Positions 37,371 through 45,099 of a stretch of DNA of 51,314 nt are shown here, piece after piece. Numbering within the stretch: the first letter of the stretch is position 1; the number at the start of each line of letters is the position of its first letter. The notes below the pieces were generated by a model. That model saw nothing but the letters and a program-made list of their open reading frames with translations, searched no databases and was not told the origin of the DNA. The position numbers and the translations under genes are program-made. Source of the stretch: Candidatus Peribacteria bacterium RIFCSPHIGHO2_01_FULL_55_13 (GTDB taxonomy: Bacteria; Patescibacteriota; Gracilibacteria; Peribacterales; Peribacteraceae); assembly GCA_001788925.1 (NCBI GenBank), contig MFXS01000041.1, positions 1 through 51,314 of the forward strand, given 5' to 3'.

Positions 37371-38342
37371 TCAGGAAGAAGGCACCATGGCGGTGCTGTG
37401 GAGGACGTGGGCGGTAAGATTCTGTTTCGTGGCAACAGAGGGAAGGAGAGAATAATCACCATCCCACGCTTGCCGCACAATGCGGAAGAGGTTATTCATA
37501 TCCGTCAGAAACGTGAGGTGGCCGCCCGGCATCAGAAACGTTCTGCACCGGGGAATATAGCGGGCGATCCCCCGTGCCACGGACCACGGAATGACGTCAT
37601 CGCCCCTGCCATGGAACAACAGGACGGGGACGTGTTCCGGAAACTCGGGAAGATCGAATCCCCAATGGAAATAGAGATATACCTCGTCGATGAGACCCCG
37701 GACGCCGCTCGGTTGCATGAAGACTGCGGCATAATCCTCACGGAACATTGTCTCCAGTCTCCGCTGCATCTCTGCGCTTACCGACGGAGCGGAAGAGGTC
37801 ATGGTCAGCAGACGATAGGCGATGTGCGGAAAGTTCCGGCAAAACACAAATAGCGCGCGCAGCCCCCAGCCCGCAATGCGGTCATGATCATGGCAACCCG
37901 AGAGAAACATCCGGCGGATCATTTTCATGTGCCGCAGGTTGTGGGTCACATTCAGCGGCGCCATGCATCCCGCCACTGCCGTAAAACGAACGCGGTCCGG
38001 CAGGGCAAACGCGCACGAAAGCGCAAAACATCCGCCCCCAGAAACACCCACTGCGGCAAATACGTCGATGTGCAGCGCATCCATCAGTTCCGCGCTGTCG
38101 GCGGCTGTCGCAGTCATCAGGGGAAATTTATGCAGAGAGGAGTGGCCGATGCCCGGTCGGTTGGGTGCTATGATCCGAAGCCCGTTGCGCCGCGCGCAGT
38201 CATCTACCAATGCGCCCTGATGATGTGAACCGAGAAAACCGTGGCAATAGAGCACAGGCTTGCCGCGAGGGTCGCCGTACACGGCGTACTCGAGGAGGCG
38301 ACCGTCGGAAAGCCGAAGAAGGCACGGGTTTGCTGTGCGCAT
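37371..38342 (-). CDS. Alpha/beta hydrolase
   Basis: DGRLLEY, HGF.GS, RPGIGHS, nucleophile GVSGG, HGRGD, GGH. Confidence 0.9.
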   Translation of the reverse strand: MRTANPCLLRLSDGRLLEYAVYGDPRGKPVLYCHGFLGSHHQGALVDDCARRNGLRIIAPNRPGIGHSSLHKFPLMTATAADSAELMDALHIDVFAAVGVSGGGCFALSCAFALPDRVRFTAVAGCMAPLNVTHNLRHMKMIRRMFLSGCHDHDRIAGWGLRALFVFCRNFPHIAYRLLTMTSSAPSVSAEMQRRLETMFREDYAAVFMQPSGVRGLIDEVYLYFHWGFDLPEFPEHVPVLLFHGRGDDVIPWSVARGIARYIPRCRTFLMPGGHLTFLTDMNNLFRIVRQAWDGDYSLLPSVATKQNLTAHVLHSTAMVPSS

Positions 38343-38484
38343 ATGCTGCGGAAACCAGTGTTGATGACGAGGGATTGATGAAAAAATGACACGTTTTGCA
38401 CGCGAATTTGCTCATGGAATTCGTTGCACGCGAAATATCCTTCACTCGGTGAAGGATGAAAGAACGGCGATGCGTTGATACGGA

Positions 38485-38961
38485 TCAGCGATACAACGGC
38501 CGCACTTCAAACAGTAGCCACAGCCCGATCACGGTCCCGATGACCGTACCAATGGCACTGGAGCCGTAGCCGATGGCGATCTCGATGATAGCGGCGGCTG
38601 TGGTGATGATCGTTCCGTAGAAAATATAGTTCCAGCCCTTTTTCTGACGCTTCTTGAGTGGGCTGAACGCAAGAATCTGGAGAACTGCAGCGATGAGTCC
38701 CGCGAGGACGGAAATGACCCAAGCCACTTCAGAAATACCGCCCGTCATAAACGAGAGCGAGGCAACGGAGAGCAGGACACCTGCGGAGAGAAGGGCGATG
38801 AGGCCAAGGATTCCGAAGATGAGCGAAAGCCACGGCGCGATCGTTGCCAGGAACTCCCGAAAACTTGCGGGGAGGTGCGGCGCCTTGGCGAAGATCGGCG
38901 CAAGCCAGCCCTCGAGGGCAGCCATCTTTTTCTCGGTCGTTTTCTGGAAGTCGTTTGCCAT
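38485..38961 (-). CDS. Four-TM membrane protein, function unknown
   Basis: Four hydrophobic segments; APHLP...APW and KKGW motifs. Confidence 0.8.
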   Translation of the reverse strand: MANDFQKTTEKKMAALEGWLAPIFAKAPHLPASFREFLATIAPWLSLIFGILGLIALLSAGVLLSVASLSFMTGGISEVAWVISVLAGLIAAVLQILAFSPLKKRQKKGWNYIFYGTIITTAAAIIEIAIGYGSSAIGTVIGTVIGLWLLFEVRPLYR

Positions 38962-38988
38962 GGAAAAGAATGGGGAAGGAAAGAAAAA

Positions 38989-40326
38989 TTATTTCTTTTT
39001 ATGCGTCGCCTCGTACGTTTTGTCCATCGCCGTCCAGAATACGCGGTTATCGATGCAGAGAGGGTTTCCGCTTCCGGCATCCTTGCAATCGCCGTTTTCG
39101 AGGAGGTTTCCGTACTTCACGAAGCCCGTGTTCGGGTTGTCCTGGTACGGGTTCTCTTTGATGCCTTGTACCGTCGCCTTGTGAACCTGTTCATTGGACC
39201 AGTCGGGATGCGCCTGTGCCATGGTATCGCGGTGGCGATTGTAGGCCGCTGCCATCCCGACAAAGACTTCCTTCTGGGCGCCGTCTTTGAATGAGGTGAG
39301 TGCATGATCGACAATTCCTACGACGACAAATGCGTCACCCGCGACCGTCTTGGCGATGTCTTCGACTCCTTCCTTCAGTTTGCTGGTCGCCTCATCCTTC
39401 GCTTTGGAAATGAGCGTGTCTTTCACACGGTCGAGGCGGCCCTTCTGGAGGAAATCATTGTCTCCCTGCTGTTCCAGCATCTTCTCATACACGGTCAGGG
39501 CATCCTCGGCTTTTGATCTCTCGGTGGGAGCATCTTCGCCGATCAACTTATCTTTCAGGCGGTCGAAGAATCCTTTGCTGAGGATATCTTTCGCCGACAT
39601 ATTTTCGATTGCATCCTTGGGATCGTAACTGTCGATGAAGATCTTCTTGAGTTCCTGCAGCTTCTCGAACTTCGTCGTGACATCCTCCAGTTTCTCGCCA
39701 GATTTATCCAGGAACTCTTTATATTTCTGGAGCCCTGCCAGACGATCGGGGTCTTTTTCTTGGTCGATATCCTTTTCCAGGAGTTCCAAATACTTCTTCC
39801 AGCCCTCGTCGCCGATGCTCTTCAGATCTTCTTTTACCTTATCGTTGGCAAGCGGGTCATCGGTGCCGCCGGCTGCAGGCTTCTCTGCTGTGTCCTCTTC
39901 CTTTTTCACGTCGCAGCTCCCGGCGCCGGCATTCCACACATAACCATCACCGCATCCCTTTCCGTTCTTCGCCCACGCCGCACGGCACTGCACCTCGTTC
40001 TCGGTACTCTTGCAGTCATCCACGGAGTGATTTTTAAACGCAGCCTCGAGGCATTCTTCCTTGGAATAGCCCATAAAACTCCCCTCCACTCCTTCGCACG
40101 CAGAAGGATCGCCCGTATTACCCGCGATCAGCATGTGACATTTTTCCTGCGGAGGAGCGTATTCGATTTTGGCACAATTCTCAGGGTCGCTTTCCTGCAC
40201 CGCAACCGCCTGGTAACAGTGGTCGCTGTCCGGACCGGTCTCACAGAACACCTCCATCACATCACCGAGACAACCGCTGAGAAGCAGTGCTGCAGGAGCC
40301 AGAAGAAGGAGAGATGATCTCTTCAT
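38989..40326 (-). CDS. Cys-rich lipoprotein with helical C-terminal region
   Basis: MKRSSLLLLAPAALLLSGC lipobox; repeated C-x-rich units; ATGA overlap with the upstream gene fixes the start at 40326. Confidence 0.8.
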   Translation of the reverse strand: MKRSSLLLLAPAALLLSGCLGDVMEVFCETGPDSDHCYQAVAVQESDPENCAKIEYAPPQEKCHMLIAGNTGDPSACEGVEGSFMGYSKEECLEAAFKNHSVDDCKSTENEVQCRAAWAKNGKGCGDGYVWNAGAGSCDVKKEEDTAEKPAAGGTDDPLANDKVKEDLKSIGDEGWKKYLELLEKDIDQEKDPDRLAGLQKYKEFLDKSGEKLEDVTTKFEKLQELKKIFIDSYDPKDAIENMSAKDILSKGFFDRLKDKLIGEDAPTERSKAEDALTVYEKMLEQQGDNDFLQKGRLDRVKDTLISKAKDEATSKLKEGVEDIAKTVAGDAFVVVGIVDHALTSFKDGAQKEVFVGMAAAYNRHRDTMAQAHPDWSNEQVHKATVQGIKENPYQDNPNTGFVKYGNLLENGDCKDAGSGNPLCIDNRVFWTAMDKTYEATHKKK

Positions 40327-40763
40327 TTCTTCTTGGGGAGGAGAAGCGGAATCGAAAGAAGAATCGTCAGAAGGATCGCCACGAGGGAGCCCCACAGCAT
40401 CGGACGCGTCAGGAATTCGACGACGGCGCGGGCGATTGGAGTAAATGGTGGTTCTTCACTGAGAATCCACGCGAACACAAACCAGGGAACAACCCCGATC
40501 AGAACGACGATGGGATGGAACACTTCCACCCGGCGGATTCGAAAGAGCCTTCGCAGGAGATTGAGGATACCGATACCGATGATGGAAGGAATCGCCATCA
40601 CCGGGCCTACCGCCCACGCGCCGATGTTCATCCATTTTACGATTTCACTGTTGCCGACGCTCTCCCCCGATGGCGCAAGCATCGCAAACGCCGCCGCAGA
40701 AACCCCCGCCATCACCAGGCACATCAGGAACGGGAACCATGCCGAACCGAGGAACCGTCGCAT
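40323..40763 (-). CDS. Four-TM membrane protein
   Basis: Hydrophobic segments; translationally coupled to the lipoprotein. Confidence 0.78.
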   Translation of the reverse strand: MRRFLGSAWFPFLMCLVMAGVSAAAFAMLAPSGESVGNSEIVKWMNIGAWAVGPVMAIPSIIGIGILNLLRRLFRIRRVEVFHPIVVLIGVVPWFVFAWILSEEPPFTPIARAVVEFLTRPMLWGSLVAILLTILLSIPLLLPKKK

Positions 40764-40806
40764 TGGAAAATATTGTCGCCCTCCTGCAAGCCGGACGCAA
40801 GGTCAT

Positions 40807-40836
40807 TGTAAGAGAGGCCCCCCTCCTCCGTCTTCT
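40807..40836 (+). promoter_or_regulatory. ECF-sigma-type promoter tGTAAGA-N15-CGTCtt
   Basis: GTAAGA at 40808-40813 and CGTC at 40829-40832, in the same register as three other copies. Confidence 0.65.
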
Positions 40837-40839
40837 TGA

Positions 40840-41085
40840 GTACAAGCGACCCGCCTGCAATGCTCGGGTTGCCATCGAAGCAAATGGAGCCTTAAAAGCT
40901 CCCTAGAGGAAATTTCAATCCTCACACGATGGCATCCAGATCGACACTGCGGACGGGTTTGTTTTGAAGCGCTCCAGACCGGCAAAGCCGGACTTCGCGC
41001 TCTTATTTTATGGGTGCTCTCCTTAAGAAAAAGGAAAGTTGGAAAATCACCTATACAAAAAGCAGGGATTACTCCCTGCTTTCTG
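40840..41085 (+). ncRNA. Putative structured small RNA of unknown class
   Basis: Nested helices with G-U pairs favouring the + strand, no sizeable ORF, promoter directly upstream and terminator hairpin downstream. Confidence 0.55.
41057..41084. terminator. Probably bidirectional intrinsic terminator
   Basis: AAAAAGCAGGGA-ttac-TCCCTGCTTT. Confidence 0.8.
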
Positions 41086-41104
41086 GCTTCGAAAGTATCA
41101 GTTT

Positions 41105-41620
41105 TTATTTCTTCATTGCTTCGATGGCGGCATTGACCTTGGCCTGAAGCTTCGCCTTGGCATCGACGATACACGTATCGTGCTCAGTGCCTTTTTTGTC
41201 TTTACAGACAGCAACGGCAGCTTCAGCCTCGGTGTTCAAAGCGGCAGAGAGCTGCATCCTGAGTCCGGAGAGGAAAACACGGACACGGGCGATGGCGGAT
41301 TTACCAGCATCGCGGGCATCGTGCACGCGGGTGCGGATGGACTTGAGTGTGTCGTGCATCGTGCGACGGGCATCCTTGGTTTCCGTCTTGGCCTCAAGGT
41401 AAGCGCGGACACCGCCTTCACATTCGGCTTTTTCCTCACCGGAGAAACGGGCGCAGCGGGCTGTGACTTTGGCGTCGATATCCGCGCTGGCCGCGGAGGT
41501 GGTAACGGACGTGCTGGAATCGAGATCAACGTTGACTCCGAGCGCGAGGGATGAAGCCGGAATGGCGAGAGCGATTGCCGAAGCCGCGAGGGAAGCGGTC
41601 ATGCGATAGAAACGATCCAT
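41105..41620 (-). CDS. Secreted helical Ala/Lys-rich protein with two Cys pairs
   Basis: Signal peptide ending SLA; CARFSGEEKAEC and CKDKKGTEHDTC. Confidence 0.78.
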   Translation of the reverse strand: MDRFYRMTASLAASAIALAIPASSLALGVNVDLDSSTSVTTSAASADIDAKVTARCARFSGEEKAECEGGVRAYLEAKTETKDARRTMHDTLKSIRTRVHDARDAGKSAIARVRVFLSGLRMQLSAALNTEAEAAVAVCKDKKGTEHDTCIVDAKAKLQAKVNAAIEAMKK

Positions 41621-41680
41621 AAAAATAGGGGGAAAGAAATAGGGCAACTGGGAAAACAAAAGAACAACTGCATGCATAGA

Positions 41681-41710
41681 AGTAGACGAAGCAGCCTATC
41701 CCCTCTTACG
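41681..41710 (-). promoter_or_regulatory. ECF-sigma-type promoter cGTAAGAGGG...TTCGTCta
   Basis: Near-duplicate of the motif upstream of the sigma gene. Confidence 0.72.
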
Positions 41711-41723
41711 CGGAAAAAATGGC

Positions 41724-42869
41724 CTACGGCAGCAATCCGCGTTCGATGATCTCTTTCTGTTCTTCGACTTTCTCGCGAAGATTTTTCTCTTGTTCAGAAG
41801 AGGTGGATCCTTCAGCCACCGAAGATGCTTCTGCTGCCGCTGCACTCTCCGTACTCGCATTGCTCTGCGTGGAAGCTTCGGCGGAAGAATCTGTACTGGA
41901 GGACATATCAGCACGAGAACTCCTCGATTTCTTTTCTTGTGCAGCGGAGCGACCGTCTCTGTCCTCGTCACTCGCCTCTTCCGAAACATCCTGCGATTGC
42001 ACCGGGGTGCTGCGGGAACGGGCCTTTGCCGAACCGGAAACCTTGATGCCGATTCGGATTTCTCCCTGCACATCCGCGTTCTTGGTGGAAGAATCGGACG
42101 CGGCACGCTTGAGGATGAAGTTCGCCTCGCTGCGCGCCGCATTTCCGCGCTCACGGACAAACTGCCGCAGATGATCCTCCTCAGATTTCTTGGCCCTGTC
42201 CTCCGGCCCTCCAAACGCGGCCGGAGCGACTGCAGGCGGGAAAGACTCTTCGTACTTTTCAAAGGTGGTCGCCAGGACTTCCTGCACGGCGACGTGCGTT
42301 TCCACGGACGGAGGCGGAAGGAGCGTATCCTGAAGCGTCACCACCTGCAGGGAAATCCTGCGTTCGAGCTCCGCACGGTTCTGCGTAGTAAGCTTCCCTC
42401 TTCCGGCAAGCTGTTGCGCCTCGCGCAGGCGTCGTTCTACCTTGCGGATCTGCCAGACGGCCTGCTTCTGCGGCGTGCGGATCATCTTTTCACGAAACGG
42501 TTCCAGAACATCCACTTTAAGAGCATAGAGAGGATCTCCCGGGATCGCGGATTCGGAGGCATAGGCGAGCGCACCGCTCCCAAGCACAATGATAAGGGCG
42601 CTAAGGGCCAGTGCCGGCATCCGCAGCAGCGGAACACTGATGACCGTCCACCACGCCGAAGTCGGCTCGCGGTCCGCCTGCAGGCGCATGGAGGCAATAA
42701 GGGAGCCACGGCCCATGGCTTTCTCTTCGGCGCTGAGGGCGATGGTCGCTGCATCGTTCAACGCTATCCGTGCGAGGAGCGCACTGCGTCCTTCCTCTTT
42801 TTCATGGTCCGTGAGGCGCAATTGCTTGGCCTCGGAGAGGAGCCGTTGGAAGGCGTCGTTGCGGGTCAT
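41724..42869 (-). CDS. DUF5667-like single-TM protein, putative anti-sigma factor
   Basis: ATGA overlap with the ECF sigma gene; TM followed by AIPGDPLYALK and ERRLREA; Ser/Glu-rich tail. Confidence 0.75.
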   Translation of the reverse strand: MTRNDAFQRLLSEAKQLRLTDHEKEEGRSALLARIALNDAATIALSAEEKAMGRGSLIASMRLQADREPTSAWWTVISVPLLRMPALALSALIIVLGSGALAYASESAIPGDPLYALKVDVLEPFREKMIRTPQKQAVWQIRKVERRLREAQQLAGRGKLTTQNRAELERRISLQVVTLQDTLLPPPSVETHVAVQEVLATTFEKYEESFPPAVAPAAFGGPEDRAKKSEEDHLRQFVRERGNAARSEANFILKRAASDSSTKNADVQGEIRIGIKVSGSAKARSRSTPVQSQDVSEEASDEDRDGRSAAQEKKSRSSRADMSSSTDSSAEASTQSNASTESAAAAEASSVAEGSTSSEQEKNLREKVEEQKEIIERGLLP

Positions 42870-43378
42870 TGGGAAATAATCAGGGAACGGAGTTTTTCCA
42901 TGCCGCGGTGAATGCGGACAGAAACAACATTGGGGGAAACCTTGAGAAGGTCGGCGATTTCGCGGGGGAGGAGGCCGTCGACATACCTGAGCACGATGAC
43001 CGTGCGCAGCGGTTCTTCCATTGCATGGAGGACGGTAAGAACCTTTTCGGAATCGATGCGAACGGCGGCGCTATCGTCTTCCTCCGCCGGGGGATCGAAG
43101 CCCTTCTGCTCGCGGAGGTCCTCAAGCGATTCCTCTTTCCGGAGCTTCTTGCGGCGCACGAGGTCGACGATAAGGTTGTTGGCGACGCGATAGAGGAAGG
43201 CGCGGAGATTATCGACTTTCTTTCCCTTGGAGATGTACTCCCATGCACGCAGGAATGTCTCCTGCATCAGCTCGCGCCCCTGCTCCCGGTCGCCGAGGCG
43301 CAGGGCGATGTGCCGGAAGATGGCATCGGCATAATCGTCGTACGCCTGTAGAAATGCTTGTTCAATATTCCGATCCAT
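42866..43378 (-). CDS. ECF RNA polymerase sigma factor
   Basis: AYDDYADAIFR, LMQETFLRAW, RAFLYRVANNLIVD, EIADLL.VS.NVVSVRIHRG. Confidence 0.92.
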   Translation of the reverse strand: MDRNIEQAFLQAYDDYADAIFRHIALRLGDREQGRELMQETFLRAWEYISKGKKVDNLRAFLYRVANNLIVDLVRRKKLRKEESLEDLREQKGFDPPAEEDDSAAVRIDSEKVLTVLHAMEEPLRTVIVLRYVDGLLPREIADLLKVSPNVVSVRIHRGMEKLRSLIISQ

Positions 43379-43390
43379 GCCGAACAGTGT

Positions 43391-43420
43391 AGATGACGAA
43401 GGAGCATATGCCCTCTTACG
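43391..43420 (-). promoter_or_regulatory. Putative autoregulatory ECF promoter cGTAAGAGGG...TTCGTCat
   Basis: Directly upstream of the sigma ATG at 43378. Confidence 0.72.
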
Positions 43421-43476
43421 GAGCAGGTTTTCCAGATATTGCATAAATACAATAAATATTGTATAATATCAATAAG

Positions 43477-43911
43477 ATGTCAAAATCACACACTATTACC
43501 GATTTCTCACTCCTCCAGATCATCGTCGCTGGATCCGTTTTGATGGGCCTCATTCTTATGGGACTCGGGGGCATCGGGCATCTTCTCGGAGATCTCACCG
43601 GACAGGGCCAGACGATTTCCACTGCAGCCGAGGTTGCTGAAGGAGAACTCACGGCAACGATTGCTGCTGCTCCCCACGCCGCTGCACCGATTCTCCAGGG
43701 AACTTCAACCGGCGCCGGCATCATGATTATTGTGGGAATGATGCTGATTCTCTGCGGGCTGATGCTGCATGCATTGCTGCTTCTGAGGATGGGTACCGAT
43801 AGACAGGTTCCGGTTCACGTTCGCGAACGCGATCGGAAAACCGTGGAGCGTGGTGCAAGAATGCAAAGAGCGATTGAAGTGTTTTGGGTCGAGCAGGAGA
43901 TCCGCCTTTAA
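43477..43911 (+). CDS. Two-TM hypothetical membrane protein
   Basis: Promoter TTGCAT-17-TATAAT (43439-43467) lies 9 nt before ATG 43477. Confidence 0.7.
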   Translation: MSKSHTITDFSLLQIIVAGSVLMGLILMGLGGIGHLLGDLTGQGQTISTAAEVAEGELTATIAAAPHAAAPILQGTSTGAGIMIIVGMMLILCGLMLHALLLLRMGTDRQVPVHVRERDRKTVERGARMQRAIEVFWVEQEIRL

Positions 43912-43920
43912 GGACAGCAG

Positions 43921-43970
43921 GGTCCCCTCTCCCATTGGGAGAGGGACAGGGAGAGGGGGTCGGGAGGAGG
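43921..43970. repeat. C/G-run palindromic repeat
   Basis: CCCTCTCCCA-t-TGGGAGAGGG plus purine tail; same family as 20941-21087. Confidence 0.65.
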
Positions 43971-44024
43971 AAAGAAGCTGCACACGCGTGACCTGAGTCG
44001 ACATCACCAATGAATGCTTGCAAT

Positions 44025-44056
44025 AAAAAACGACCAGCATTGCTGCCGGCCGTTTT
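44025..44056 (-). terminator. Intrinsic terminator after the Gly/Cys peptide
   Basis: ACGGCCGGC-agcaat-GCTGGTCGT plus TTTTT. Confidence 0.75.
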
Positions 44057-44081
44057 CGTGGATGATACAGAGAGCGGATTA

Positions 44082-44150
44082 CTATCCGCCGCAGCCGCAT
44101 CCTCCGTCTTTGAGGCCGCAGGATCCGCAGCCACCACCGAAGGAAATCAT
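44082..44150 (-). CDS. 22-aa Gly/Cys-rich peptide MISFGGGCGSCGLKDGGCGCGG (not in ORF track)
   Basis: Own promoter and terminator, tandem TAG TAA stops, varied synonymous Gly codons. Confidence 0.65.
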   Translation of the reverse strand: MISFGGGCGSCGLKDGGCGCGG

Positions 44151-44181
44151 TGAGTAGGGTGGTAAAAAATAGAACGACCAC

Positions 44182-44210
44182 AGTGTAATCGATACGAGAA
44201 TGTTTGTCTA
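44182..44210 (-). promoter_or_regulatory. sigma70-type promoter TAGACA-17-TACACT
   Basis: Read on the minus strand upstream of the peptide ORF. Confidence 0.65.
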
Positions 44211-44234
44211 GCACTCTCATGGTGAGAGTGCTAA
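44208..44234. promoter_or_regulatory. CIRCE element (HrcA operator)
   Basis: CTAGCACTC-N9-GAGTGCTAA, a 17/18 match to TTAGCACTC-N9-GAGTGCTAA with exact spacing. Confidence 0.85.
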
Positions 44235-44240
44235 TTCCCC

Positions 44241-45098
44241 CTAAAACGTATGTTTCTTCCCCAATGCATCGCGATGATACTTCCCAAACTCCTCAATCTT
44301 CACACACGCATCGTTTTTCACCACAGGACCTTCTGTACACAGACGGATGCCGAGAGGATCCACCACGCAGTTGCCGCAGATGCCGTACCCACATTTCATG
44401 TAACGCTCCAAAGAAAGCTGCGAAGGAATTTTGTACTTTGCCGTTAGTTCTGAGACGGCCTTGAGCATCATTTCGGGTCCGCATGCAAAGACTTGATCGA
44501 TGGGATCAGTATTTTTCATTTTTCCTTTTTCATTTTTCCTTTTCTTCTGGACCGCCTCCAGCATCTTCTCCAACTGCTGCACGTTAAACCCCTTGAATCC
44601 TTCCGAGCCGTCGTTGGTTGCGACGTGGAGTGATACATGCGGAAGGGATTCCAGTTCTTTCAGATACAGGAGATGTTCCTTGCTGCGCGCACCAACAAAG
44701 ACTTCCAGCGTGCAACCGTGGTGCACGGTTTCTGCGGCGACGAAGTACATGGGTGCCGCGCCGTAGCCGCCTGCGACGAGAGCGATGTGCTGGCCGGGTT
44801 TCCACTCATAGCAGGTGCCGAAAGGGCCGCGAAGACCTACGAGATCGCCCACCGAGCAGCGAGCGAGCGCTTCGGACATCGGACCCACGGCGAAGAACGT
44901 GATCTTGGTCTCCGCGCCGTTATCGAACGCGACGCTGAACGGCTTTTCATCGACACCGGGAAGCCAGAGCATCACAAATTGCCCCGGTCGCGCGCCGAGC
45001 GATCCGTCAAATGTGAAGGTGCGGACCATGTCGGTCTCCTGTTGTATCGCTTTAATGCGATAGGTCTTGGGAAGCCGGGACTGGAGCGGGATCGCCAT
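44241..45098 (-). CDS. pyrK: Dihydroorotate dehydrogenase electron-transfer subunit
   Basis: PGQFVML, EKPFS, RGPFG, AGGYG, ACGP, 2Fe-2S motif MKCGYGICGNC...LCTEGPV. Confidence 0.93.
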   Translation of the reverse strand: MAIPLQSRLPKTYRIKAIQQETDMVRTFTFDGSLGARPGQFVMLWLPGVDEKPFSVAFDNGAETKITFFAVGPMSEALARCSVGDLVGLRGPFGTCYEWKPGQHIALVAGGYGAAPMYFVAAETVHHGCTLEVFVGARSKEHLLYLKELESLPHVSLHVATNDGSEGFKGFNVQQLEKMLEAVQKKRKNEKGKMKNTDPIDQVFACGPEMMLKAVSELTAKYKIPSQLSLERYMKCGYGICGNCVVDPLGIRLCTEGPVVKNDACVKIEEFGKYHRDALGKKHTF

Positions 45099-45099
45099 C

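Noticed and set aside
40809-41026. 6S RNA call using a closing stem TAAGAGAGG.CCC / GGGTGCTCTCCTTA
   Set aside because: The 5' arm coincides with the ECF promoter motif and so is probably not transcribed; left unassigned pending an Rfam search.
28121-41100. tRNA-Glu-anchored integrative element
   Set aside because: Gene content looks accessory, but I found no integrase and no duplicated tRNA 3' end, so no boundaries can be supported.
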